Shown here one piece after another: positions 26,474-34,795 of a stretch of 37,795 nt of DNA; the stretch's first letter is position 1, and each line of letters opens with the position of its first letter. A program made the translations under genes and the position numbers. The stretch is from assembly GCA_031279155.1 (NCBI GenBank), contig JAITJB010000028.1, positions 1 to 37,795 on the forward strand. The letters are read 5' to 3'. Below the pieces are notes generated by a model that saw only the letters and a program-made list of their open reading frames with translations, did no database searches and had not been told where the DNA came from. The stretch comes from Deltaproteobacteria bacterium. Lineage in GTDB: Bacteria; Desulfobacterota; Desulfarculia; Adiutricales; Adiutricaceae.

Positions 26474-26674
26474 TTAATTTATATATATAACAAATTTAGA
26501 GCCACAATTCTTACATAAAATAACAAAATTTCCGACAAGCAGCTTTGATCTGGGGTTTATATGTAGTTTTTCTATAATTTTAAGATACATTTTGTTAAAT
26601 ATAGGTATACGTCTGAACAGAGAATGATACGGCATGATAGCGACATTTTCTGAAGAACATTTTTGACAAGTCAT
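26474..26674 (-). CDS. Hypothetical small zinc-ribbon protein (66 aa)
   Basis: The protein reads MTCQKCSSE...ILCKNCGSKF, with two CxxC pairs. The ATG at 26674 is preceded by AAGAGGA at 7-nt spacing. The context is AT-rich, and I prefer this start to the track's longer TTG-initiated ORF. Confidence 0.35.
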   Translation of the reverse strand: MTCQKCSSENVAIMPYHSLFRRIPIFNKMYLKIIEKLHINPRSKLLVGNFVILCKNCGSKFVIYIN

Positions 26675-27019
26675 GGGTTTTCCTCTTTTTAGGCCAAAGA
26701 GATCTAGGTCAACTGGCTCTCGGGGTTCAATGGTCTGGCTTTTTGAGTATACAAACGTATTGCTCAAAAACAGTTCCAACTAGTAATTTATTATAGAAAG
26801 TCCGGTATGTCAAGAAAAATATCGAAAATTTTCGCGTCCTGGACGCTGAGCTGATTTTAATTTAACGGGCAAACCGAAAAGTCATAACTGACAAGGGCAG
26901 GGCCAACCCCGACGATGAGTTGTTTGTTAGAACGCTTAAAAATATTCACGACTCTTAGCCTAAATATAAATATTAACTTTAATGACGCCTTGGTTTGCCC
27001 TAAAATAATAAGTTAAAGC

Positions 27020-27069
27020 AAATCCCCCCAAACCCAAGGTATTGCTGCCCTGGGGGTTTGGGGGGATTT
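27020..27069. other. Perfect 16-bp inverted repeat (hairpin) with C6/G6 runs
   Basis: aaatccccccaaaccc (27020-27035) pairs with gggtttggggggattt (27054-27069), leaving an 18-nt loop. Confidence 0.85.
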
Positions 27070-27437
27070 ATCTAGATCTAATATTTAATTATAAAAATAT
27101 GCTTGCGTTAGAATACTATAGCATGGCCTGGACGTCTTACTCGTCTTAATGCCAAAAGAAAGGCTGAGAGATTAAACAAGCGTGTGGTTTTTGCCGCCCA
27201 AATATCAATTTAAGTTTGCTAAAAAAAATCAACAAAAAGGCAGCATCGACCGCACTGGTCAACACTACCACGTAGTCCTCTTAACCGTAATAGAAAAATA
27301 ACATATATCGTAATTATCCCGCTTTCTTAAAGCCAACCCGACATCAATAACCACCCTCTTAGGGGGGGATTGGGTATGGAGAGGAAGCCTTCAGACGATT
27401 ATGAGTGGCTGGCTGTTGCTCCCTAGACCCGACTAAC

Positions 27438-27689
27438 TCATATAGGATTATAAAGTAAATATATACCTAGAGCAACCGCAAATATCGATCCGATAAAAAA
27501 GGCTCTAAGCATCAATGGTATTTTATATTGGTTATCTAATTTATCAATGTCAATATTGGCAAGTATACCAGGGGTATCTTTTGTTTTTGCTCGCCTTACT
27601 GCTATTTGAAAAAATTTATATAAAATTATGATTGTTAAACCAAATATTGCCAACCCAATTGCCCCATGTAATGCACGCAAATAGTTCAT
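27438..27689 (-). CDS. Hypothetical small membrane protein (two predicted TM helices)
   Basis: The protein reads MNYLRALHGAIGLAIFGLTIIILYKFF...AFFIGSIFAVALGIYLLY. It has no clear RBS, and the start is uncertain (ATG at 27689 or TTG at 27722). It is AT-rich. Confidence 0.3.
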   Translation of the reverse strand: MNYLRALHGAIGLAIFGLTIIILYKFFQIAVRRAKTKDTPGILANIDIDKLDNQYKIPLMLRAFFIGSIFAVALGIYLLYNPI

Positions 27690-28017
27690 ATAGATCTTTA
27701 TTAAGTTAAAAGGTAAAATCAATACTCAAAGCCCGGTGGCCAGTTTGACCAACCTACGATAAGAGCCAAGAAGCTTTAGAGATAACAGGAATCTAATGTA
27801 CGCGATTGTGTTTCAATGGTCAAGAAAAATTAAAGGGGTTCCTTTGACCCTACTGTAACTTAAGTAGCAGGCCGACCTGCGGCCCAGGACGATGGCTAGG
27901 CGGCCCTGACCTTAGATTTAGGGAGGTGAGCTAGCGGAGATCGCCAGTAGATTAGCCTAAAATTGGCCCCGGAGGGGCCGTTGGCGTGGTTGTCCAGAAA
28001 TTTAATAATCATTTTTC

Positions 28018-28046
28018 TTGTTCAAAACGGACAAATCGTCTATAAT
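28018..28046 (+). promoter_or_regulatory. Sigma70-type promoter (TTGTTC, 17 nt spacer, TATAAT) for the DUF1015-ispE unit
   Basis: TTGTTC lies at 28018-28023 and TATAAT at 28041-28046, 35 nt upstream of the ATG at 28081. Confidence 0.5.
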
Positions 28047-28080
28047 TATTCTTTTCCCCGCCAAAAGGAGGAAAGGAACA

Positions 28081-29472
28081 ATGGTCAAGATAGCCCCGCT
28101 AAGAGGGGTAGTATATAATCAAAAGGAGATGGAGACGGATGGTGGGCTTTTAACCGCACCGCCGTATGACATAATTTCTGGTCCACAGCGCCAAGAGTAT
28201 TTGTTGAGCCATCCGCATAATTTTCTGCATTTAGATTTAGGTGAGATTAGAGCCGACGATCCCGATCCCCTGACCTGGCATGACCGATCGGCTGAGCTAT
28301 TGGGCTCTTGGCTCTCGTCAGGGGTATTGGCCAGGCGAAATAAGCCTTCGGTTATCCTGATGGATACCGAGTTTATCCATCCGGTCACCTCTCGCCGCAT
28401 GAATCGCCACGGCCTGATCTGTTTGGTGCGCTTAGAGGATGTGGCTCGGGAGTCTAAAATCCGACTCCATGAGAAGACCTTTAGCTATCACAAAGTTGAG
28501 CGCTTAGACTTAATGGAGAAGACTAAAGCTCAGCTCAGTCCGGTCTTCGGTTTTTTTCCGGATCCCGACGGATCGCTTTTAAGATCGATGTTCGATCTCA
28601 TAAGAACCGATCCCGACATCCATGTGACCGAACGAAATGGCCTCAGCCATCAGCTGTGCTTTGTCCAATCTAATGATAGCATTGGGGCGTTGGTCGATAG
28701 CCTTTCTAAGACCACTATCTACATAGCTGACGGCCACCATCGCTACGAGACGGCTCTTAATTACCGCCAAAACGTCCTTGAGCAATTGGCCAAAAACAAT
28801 CAGTCTCCAGCCCCCAACTCGGCCATCGATTACGTCTTGATGTATCTATCGCCCATGAGCGATCCAGGGCTCTGCGTTCTGCCAACTCATCGGGTTTTAT
28901 CTTGCGTAAACTTAACCGATGAGGAGATTATTAAATCTCTGGAGCAGTACTGCGAGATCAAGTCCTTCGCTTTTAACGGCGGCGATAGCCGGGCCAAGTC
29001 GGATTTGAGCCAGAAACTTTTGGATGACAACAAAAAGGGCCTGACGGTTTATGGGCTCTTTTTGCGCGGCTATAACCGCTACTACTTTCTCAAAGTCAAA
29101 GAGAAGGCCAAGGAAGAATTTCTTAAACACGGGAAACCCGATGAGGTTGTCTTAAACAATCTTGACGTTTCCATTCTTACTAACCTTATCATTAAAAAGG
29201 CTTTGGGACTGACCGAAATGCAGATGGATAACCCTGATTGCATAAGCTATGTCTACTCCATCGAACAGGCCACCGAAGCCGTCAACCAGCGCGATCACCG
29301 GGCGGCCCTGATCATTAACCCAACTAGTTTAGATGAGATTCTAAGGGTGACTGAAACCGGGAAAGTCATGCCCCGCAAGGCCACCTATTTTTACCCCAAG
29401 GTCTCTAGCGGCCTTATCTTTAACCTTATCGACCCCATGGAATCCATTGTGGATCTAGGCGGTCGAAATTGA
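28081..29472 (+). CDS. DUF1015 family protein
   Basis: It has the conserved core YIADGHHRYETAL and an N-terminal MVKIAPLRGVVYN, typical of the family. AAAGGAGGAAAGG lies upstream of the ATG at 28081; the track start at 28018 lies inside the promoter. Confidence 0.75.
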   Translation: MVKIAPLRGVVYNQKEMETDGGLLTAPPYDIISGPQRQEYLLSHPHNFLHLDLGEIRADDPDPLTWHDRSAELLGSWLSSGVLARRNKPSVILMDTEFIHPVTSRRMNRHGLICLVRLEDVARESKIRLHEKTFSYHKVERLDLMEKTKAQLSPVFGFFPDPDGSLLRSMFDLIRTDPDIHVTERNGLSHQLCFVQSNDSIGALVDSLSKTTIYIADGHHRYETALNYRQNVLEQLAKNNQSPAPNSAIDYVLMYLSPMSDPGLCVLPTHRVLSCVNLTDEEIIKSLEQYCEIKSFAFNGGDSRAKSDLSQKLLDDNKKGLTVYGLFLRGYNRYYFLKVKEKAKEEFLKHGKPDEVVLNNLDVSILTNLIIKKALGLTEMQMDNPDCISYVYSIEQATEAVNQRDHRAALIINPTSLDEILRVTETGKVMPRKATYFYPKVSSGLIFNLIDPMESIVDLGGRN

Positions 29473-29520
29473 GCCTTCATTAATTCCATGCCCGGGTTGC
29501 CGTCTTCCCGGGAGGCTTTT

Positions 29521-30420
29521 ATGGGGCTCCAGGACCAGGCTAAGGCCAAGGTAAACCTCTCTCTTAAGGTGCTTGGCCGCCGCCAGGATGGTTACCACGA
29601 TCTTTTAGGGCTGATGGCCAGAATTGATTTGGGAGACCAAATTGAGCTCAAGGTGGCCCCGGATAGCGATATCTTGGTCCACCAGGGCTTAAGCGAAATC
29701 GATGACGGCTATATGGGCTCGTCGAATCTGGCCATACGGGCCTTAAATCTCTACCGGGAACTTACCGGTTGGCCAGATTTTCCGGTCAAAATAAACCTAA
29801 CAAAAAACATTCCCTTGGGGTCGGGAATGGGCGGCGGCTCTTCGGACGCGGCTACGGTCTTAAGGCTCTTAAATCGATCGGCTAAGCTAAGCCCAGCTGA
29901 TTTGTGGGCTTTAAGCGTAAGGTTAGGCGGCGACGTCCCCTTTTTCCTACAGGAGGCTTCTCTACGCTTAGCCAGCGGCATTGGGGAAATTCTCAGACCT
30001 TGGCCTTATGAGCTGCCTGGACGCTATCTTCTTTTGGTCAACCCTGGCTTTAAACTCTCAACGGGCCAGGTTTTTGAGAAATTAGGGTTGACAACCGGTG
30101 AAAGTAGTAGTAAAAGTCTTAACGCGATAGCCAGGATCGAGGCGCGTCTTGGTGATATCCAAAAGCCCGAATTGGGCGATAACGATCTCTATTGGCCGGC
30201 TCTAGCTATCAAACCAGAGCTAAAGGATATTTTCAGGCTAATTAAAGAGGTAACTCCCTCGCCCCTGGCCGCCGGGCTTTCGGGTAGTGGTCCAACTTTT
30301 TGGGCCCTTTTTAGCCATCTTAGTCAGGCTCAGATGGCTAAGGTCTGTTTTGAGTCATTGGTATCTAAGCTGCCAAAAAGGGATTTAAAATGGTGGTTGC
30401 GCGTCACCACCATAGCTTAG
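29521..30420 (+). CDS. ispE: 4-diphosphocytidyl-2-C-methyl-D-erythritol kinase
   Basis: It has AKVNLSLKVLGRRQDGYHDL and the GHMP-kinase motif PLGSGMGGGSSDAA. A GGGAGG RBS sits 6 nt upstream of the ATG at 29521. Confidence 0.85.
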   Translation: MGLQDQAKAKVNLSLKVLGRRQDGYHDLLGLMARIDLGDQIELKVAPDSDILVHQGLSEIDDGYMGSSNLAIRALNLYRELTGWPDFPVKINLTKNIPLGSGMGGGSSDAATVLRLLNRSAKLSPADLWALSVRLGGDVPFFLQEASLRLASGIGEILRPWPYELPGRYLLLVNPGFKLSTGQVFEKLGLTTGESSSKSLNAIARIEARLGDIQKPELGDNDLYWPALAIKPELKDIFRLIKEVTPSPLAAGLSGSGPTFWALFSHLSQAQMAKVCFESLVSKLPKRDLKWWLRVTTIA

Positions 30421-30444
30421 GGGTTTTTAAAAAGGCAAAATTAT

Positions 30445-30521
30445 TGGGGCGTCGTCAAGTGGTTTAAGACACAGGGTTTTGGTTCCTGCATTCGAAGGTT
30501 CGAATCCTTCCGCCCCAGCCA
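30445..30521 (+). tRNA. tRNA-Gln (anticodon UUG), CCA encoded
   Basis: A manual cloverleaf fits. The acceptor is TGGGGCG/CGCCCCA, the D stem GTC/GAC, and the anticodon stem CAGGG/TCCTG with loop TTTTGGT (anticodon TTG). The T arm is GAAGG-TTCGAAT-CCTTC, followed by discriminator G and CCA. The 5' UGGGG is typical of bacterial tRNA-Gln. Confidence 0.85.
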
Positions 30522-30645
30522 AAAAAGTCCCTAATCCAAAAAGTTGTATTAATGAAACGTTTATTTGCCTTAAATAAACGTGTTTTTTCTTTTTTAGCCG
30601 TAGAAGCTGTGACAGTCCTTTAATTGGCCTGTCAGAGGAAAGATA

Positions 30646-31599
30646 ATGTTAAACGATATTGTGGTCATCAGCGGAAATTCCAACCTGCCGTTGGCTACCG
30701 AAATTTGTGAGACTCTTTGGCAACCATTGGGATCGGCTCAGGTCAGGCGTTTTTCAGACGGCGAGATCCTAGTGGAGTTGGGTGAAAACGTCCGCGGACG
30801 GGATACTTTTGTTATCCAATCAACCTGCGCTCCGGTTAATGATAACCTTATGGAGCTTTTGCTCATAATTGACGCCTTAAAAAGAGCCTCAGCTAGGCGC
30901 ATCACAGCTGTAATCCCCTATTACGGCTATGCCCGGCAAGACCGCAAGGCCAACCCAAGGGTCCCGATTTCGGCTAAATTGGTGGCCGACCTATTGACCT
31001 CGGCTGGGACGACCCGGGTCTTGGCCATGGATCTTCACGCTGGCCAGATCCAGGGCTTCTTCAATATCCCGGTCGATCATCTATTTGCCGCCCCGGTCAT
31101 ATTAAACTACATCAACCAGACTTATTTTAAGACCGGTTCTGAGGACGTCATCTTGGTCTCGCCTGACGCCGGCGGGGTTGAGCGCACTAGATACATGGCC
31201 AAACGCCTGTCTACGCCGCTCGCTATTGTGGATAAACGCCGGGAATCGCCCAACGAAGCTAAGGTCATGAGCATCATCGGCGACGTTAAAGATCGCCGCT
31301 GCCTTATTATTGACGACATGATCGATACGGCCGGGACCTTGACTCAGGCTGCCGACTTTATAATGGATTTAGGCGCCGCCGAGGTCATGGCCTGCGCCAC
31401 CCACGCGGTCTTCTCTGGTCAGGCTTTAGAGAAAATTAAAAAATCGGCCTTGACCAGCGTCATTGTCACCAATACCATCCCCCTGAACCAGGCCGGGGGC
31501 GACTATTCAAAGATCAAAGTTTTGTCGGTGGCTTCCCTTTTGGGCGAGGCCATTAGACGTATTCATCAAGAAGAGTCCATAAGTTCACTCTTTATTTGA
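30646..31599 (+). CDS. prs: Ribose-phosphate pyrophosphokinase (PRPP synthetase)
   Basis: It has [12 protein letters not shown], the PRPP-binding loop [12 protein letters not shown] and [10 protein letters not shown]. Confidence 0.92.
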   Translation: MLNDIVVISGNSNLPLATEICETLWQPLGSAQVRRFSDGEILVELGENVRGRDTFVIQSTCAPVNDNLMELLLIIDALKRASARRITAVIPYYGYARQDRKANPRVPISAKLVADLLTSAGTTRVLAMDLHAGQIQGFFNIPVDHLFAAPVILNYINQTYFKTGSEDVILVSPDAGGVERTRYMAKRLSTPLAIVDKRRESPNEAKVMSIIGDVKDRRCLIIDDMIDTAGTLTQAADFIMDLGAAEVMACATHAVFSGQALEKIKKSALTSVIVTNTIPLNQAGGDYSKIKVLSVASLLGEAIRRIHQEESISSLFI

Positions 31600-31641
31600 T
31601 AAGTAAAAGAAAAGATATCTAGTTGGAGGATTAGTATAAAA

Positions 31642-32271
31642 ATGGGTTTAGATACCACCCTCACCGCTAAGACCCGCGAGGCCCGCAGTGGCAACTACGC
31701 CAACCGCTTAAGAACTCAGGGGCTTTTACCCATAGTCTTCTATGGCGCCGATCTGCCCGAGGCGCAGTCGCTTTCTTTAGACTATGCCCAATTTAAAACC
31801 GCCTTCCTAACTTCCACCGGCAACCGCTTCCTCTATAGCTTAGCCGTTGAGGATCAAGCTCCAACTTGGGTGCTACTTAAGGACTATCAGATCGATCCCG
31901 TTAGCCGCCGGATGCTTCACGCTGACTTTATGAAAGTTGACGCCAGTAAGCCGGTCAGCGTCAAAGTGCCCGTAACTTTAACTGGCCGGGCTCAAGGCGT
32001 GGAAAAAGGCGGTCAGCTGCAGCAATCTGAGCGCGAGGTGACTATTACGGGACTGCCGGGTTCCATTCCGGATCATCTGGAAGCCGACGTCTCCCATTTG
32101 GGCCTAGGTCAGACCATGCATTTATCGGATATTAAATTACCCGAAGGTTTGCGCCTAGCTAAGACCGTAGATCTGCCCTTAGCCGTGGTCGTTATTCCCA
32201 AAGGCTTAAAGGCCGAAGTTGAGGCCCAAGCCGAGGGCGGCGACAAGAAGGCCGCCGACAAGAAAAAATAA
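31642..32271 (+). CDS. rplY: 50S ribosomal protein L25 / general stress protein Ctc (long form)
   Basis: The 209-aa protein has RLRTQGLLPIVFYG...DYQIDPVSRRMLHADF and a Lys/Ala-rich tail. It holds the canonical position after prs. Confidence 0.85.
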   Translation: MGLDTTLTAKTREARSGNYANRLRTQGLLPIVFYGADLPEAQSLSLDYAQFKTAFLTSTGNRFLYSLAVEDQAPTWVLLKDYQIDPVSRRMLHADFMKVDASKPVSVKVPVTLTGRAQGVEKGGQLQQSEREVTITGLPGSIPDHLEADVSHLGLGQTMHLSDIKLPEGLRLAKTVDLPLAVVVIPKGLKAEVEAQAEGGDKKAADKKK

Positions 32272-32338
32272 GACCTCGCTCATTTGGCCTAAAATCGGCG
32301 TCCTTTGCTTTAAAAGACCAAGAAGTAAGGAGAACTTT

Positions 32339-32875
32339 ATGAGTGATTTTCAGCAATTGGTTCTTAAGCGGCAGAGTTGCCGGGATTATGACGCCGATAA
32401 GCCTATCGAGCACGATAAGCTCGTTAGGTGTCTAGATGCCGCTCGGCAGACGCCTTCGGCTTGTAACTCCCAGCCTTGGAGCGTGGTGGTGGTTGAAGAC
32501 CCGGCTAAATTAGCCGAAGTGGCCAAGGCCACCCATCAGCTCGGGCTCAACGAATACGACGTTAAAGCCAGAGCTTTCTTTGTCGTCTTAGAGGAGTACG
32601 CCCAGCTCATGCCCAAGATAGCTTGCCTGGCCGATAGTCAGGTTTTCGCCAAAGGCGATCTGGGCGCTTTTACTTACGCATTGACTTTGGCGGCTGAAGC
32701 CGAGGGTTTGGGCACCTGCATTTTAGGGCTCTTCGATCGCCCCAAGCTCAGAGAGCTCTTAGATATTCCTAAATCCCAACCTATCTTCATGGTTGTGGCT
32801 GTAGGCTACCCGGCCAAAGATACTGTCCGCTCTAAGGTCAGAAAACCAATTGACGCCATAAGTAGGTTTGTCTGA
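32339..32875 (+). CDS. Nitroreductase-family protein
   Basis: The protein reads MSDFQQLVLKRQSCRDYD...PSACNSQPW. An AAGGAG RBS lies upstream of the ATG at 32339. The track's 32219 start would overlap rplY. Confidence 0.75.
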   Translation: MSDFQQLVLKRQSCRDYDADKPIEHDKLVRCLDAARQTPSACNSQPWSVVVVEDPAKLAEVAKATHQLGLNEYDVKARAFFVVLEEYAQLMPKIACLADSQVFAKGDLGAFTYALTLAAEAEGLGTCILGLFDRPKLRELLDIPKSQPIFMVVAVGYPAKDTVRSKVRKPIDAISRFV

Positions 32876-32983
32876 GTTTTTGGCTGCTTAGGTTTTTTAA
32901 ACTAAATTTTTTTAAACTAATTTTTTTATACTAGGGGCCGGTATGATAAACCGGTGGTTTTAGTCGGCCTTTTTATCAAAGAT

Positions 32984-33013
32984 ACGCCCGTCCCCCGGTG
33001 ACGGGCGTTTTTT
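32984..33013 (+). terminator. Rho-independent terminator
   Basis: The stem is acgcccgtc/gacgggcgt with loop ccccggt, followed by TTTTTT. Confidence 0.75.
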
Positions 33014-33422
33014 GTGGTCTCTAGGAGTTTATGTAGGCTATGGCCTATCTCAAATCTCCCTACCGGGGATTGCCTTAGAAAGTTTTTTTTGGCCCATAGC
33101 CTGGTCAAAAAAGCTTCTAAATTCGGGCAAGTCTAAGAAATCGCTCAATTTTTGACTTTGGTCCGAAGGCCGGTTATTCCCGCGCTCGCCCGCATTCTCC
33201 TCATCTCATAGCCAGAAAAAAAAGTTAAAGCTAAAGAGAATATCGATAAGATCTAAGAGATACACCTTTGGCAAAAACAGGGAATAGTCAATTTAAGGCT
33301 TGTATTGAGCTAAATTATTTAGCAGTAATTATTCTGGCTAGTTCATAAATATATAACCTAAGTTATCAAGCGGTCTTAAAAAGTATCTTAGAAGCTATCG
33401 GTAATTATTAAAAAGGAAAAAT

Positions 33423-34595
33423 ATGAAGTACGATTTTGACGAGATAATCGAGCGCTGCGGCACAGACTGCATAAAATTTGATTTTGCCCGCGAGCGCGGC
33501 ATGCCCGAAGGGCTATTACCCATGTGGGTAGCTGATATGGATTTTAGGACCCCGCCTGAGGTAATTGAAAGATTGGTGGAGGTAGCCAGACACGGAATTT
33601 TTGGCTACACAGAAACTAAGGAAAATTATTTTTTAGCCCTTAAAAACTGGTTCCAAAGCCGCTTTGGCTATGAATTTAAACCCTCTTGGCTGAAAAAAAC
33701 GCCTGGCGTTGTCTACGCCTTGGCCACGGCCATCCGGGCCTTCACTAAGCCAGGCGATCCAGTGCTCATTCAAACCCCGGTCTACTACCCCTTCTCTGGC
33801 TGCGTCAAAGAAAATGGCCGCCATTTAGTGGAAAGCCCTTTGGTCTACCAAAACGGTCAATACTCGATGGATTTTTCGGATTTGGCGGCTAAAATTAAAA
33901 ATCAAAGCATCAGACTAATGCTCCTTTGTAGCCCCCACAATCCGGTCAGCCGGGTCTGGACCAAAGAGGAACTCCTGGAGTTAGGCCAGATTTGCTTGAA
34001 AAATGACTGCCTTGTGGTCTCAGATGAGATCCACTGTGACTTTGTCTTCGGTAACCATACCCACCATATTTTTCCCTCATTAAAGCCTTCTTTTGAGCAA
34101 AACACTATCCTCTTAACGGCTCCCAGTAAGACCTTTAACTTAGCCGGGCTCCAGATTTCTAACGCCATAATCGCTAACGATAGTCTCAAGCGCCTCTTTT
34201 CTATGGAGGTGAGCCGCACGGGTTTTAGTCAATTAAATACCATGGGCCTTGCCGCCTGTCAGGCCGCCTATGAACTGGGCGGGCCGTGGTTAAAAGAGCT
34301 TTTAGCCTATTTAGAGGGTAACTTAGCCCTAGCTAGGGAGTATTTTGAGACCAAACTTGCCCCCCTTAGGCTTGTTGAAACCCAAGGCACTTATTTGCTT
34401 TGGGTCGACTTTAGGCCCCTAGGACTCGAGGAAAAGGCCATTAACGATCTCATTATCAACAAGGCCAAACTCTGGCTTGACCATGGGGCCATGTTTGGCG
34501 CCGCTGGCGCTGGCTTTCAGCGAATTAACATGGCCTGCCCTCGGAAGGTTTTATTGGACGCTTTGGAGCGCTTAGCCAGGGCGCTTAAAAAGTAG
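33423..34595 (+). CDS. PLP-dependent class I/II aminotransferase, PatB/MalY-type cystathionine beta-lyase (C-S lyase)
   Basis: The 390-aa N-terminus reads YDFDEIIERCGTDCIKFD and contains MWVADMDF. The PLP-lysine context is APSKTFNLAGL. Confidence 0.8.
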   Translation: MKYDFDEIIERCGTDCIKFDFARERGMPEGLLPMWVADMDFRTPPEVIERLVEVARHGIFGYTETKENYFLALKNWFQSRFGYEFKPSWLKKTPGVVYALATAIRAFTKPGDPVLIQTPVYYPFSGCVKENGRHLVESPLVYQNGQYSMDFSDLAAKIKNQSIRLMLLCSPHNPVSRVWTKEELLELGQICLKNDCLVVSDEIHCDFVFGNHTHHIFPSLKPSFEQNTILLTAPSKTFNLAGLQISNAIIANDSLKRLFSMEVSRTGFSQLNTMGLAACQAAYELGGPWLKELLAYLEGNLALAREYFETKLAPLRLVETQGTYLLWVDFRPLGLEEKAINDLIINKAKLWLDHGAMFGAAGAGFQRINMACPRKVLLDALERLARALKK

Positions 34596-34761
34596 CCCAA
34601 AGTTCTAAAAGTAACCATCGTTATCAGCCGTAGAAGGGCAAATTGGGAACAAAACGGTCAGTTTTTTTTGACAAAAAAAAGAGGGCTAAAGAAGGGCTCT
34701 TTAAGAGTTTAGCCGGTTAGACTATCGAGAGATCCCAGGTTGGCTAACCTAAAATTTTTTA

Positions 34762-34789
34762 TTGACAAAAACCTTGGCTGTGTTATAAT
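34762..34789 (+). promoter_or_regulatory. Near-consensus sigma70 promoter (TTGACA, 16 nt spacer, TGtTATAAT) with an A/T-rich UP-like tract
   Basis: TTGACA lies at 34762-34767 and TATAAT at 34784-34789, with TG at 34781-34782. It is preceded by aaaattttttat. Confidence 0.6.
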
Positions 34790-34795
34790 TTATGA

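Noticed and set aside
28018-28080. N-terminal 21-codon extension of the DUF1015 ORF as given in the ORF track.
   Set aside because: The extension starts inside the predicted promoter (its first codons overlap the -35 and -10 boxes). The internal ATG at 28081 has a strong AGGAGG-type RBS and gives the family-typical N-terminus.
25737-28080. Calling this region the chromosomal origin (oriC), based on the TTATCCA heptamers and the divergent strand switch.
   Set aside because: Only three 7-of-9 DnaA-box-like sites occur, and all sit in one promoter. I recognised no dnaA, dnaN or gid genes, no AT-rich 13-mer DUE and no further boxes. The idea is kept only as a low-priority alternative to test by GC skew.
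32219-32338. Upstream extension of the nitroreductase ORF overlapping the 3' end of rplY.
   Set aside because: The extension is Arg/Pro-rich junk in a shadow frame of rplY. The ATG at 32339 has an AAGGAG RBS and gives a normal nitroreductase N-terminus.
32926-33108. A 60-aa minus-strand ORF in the nitroreductase-patB intergenic region.
   Set aside because: It runs through the rho-independent terminator at 32984-33013 and has no RBS. It is a basic shadow-frame sequence.
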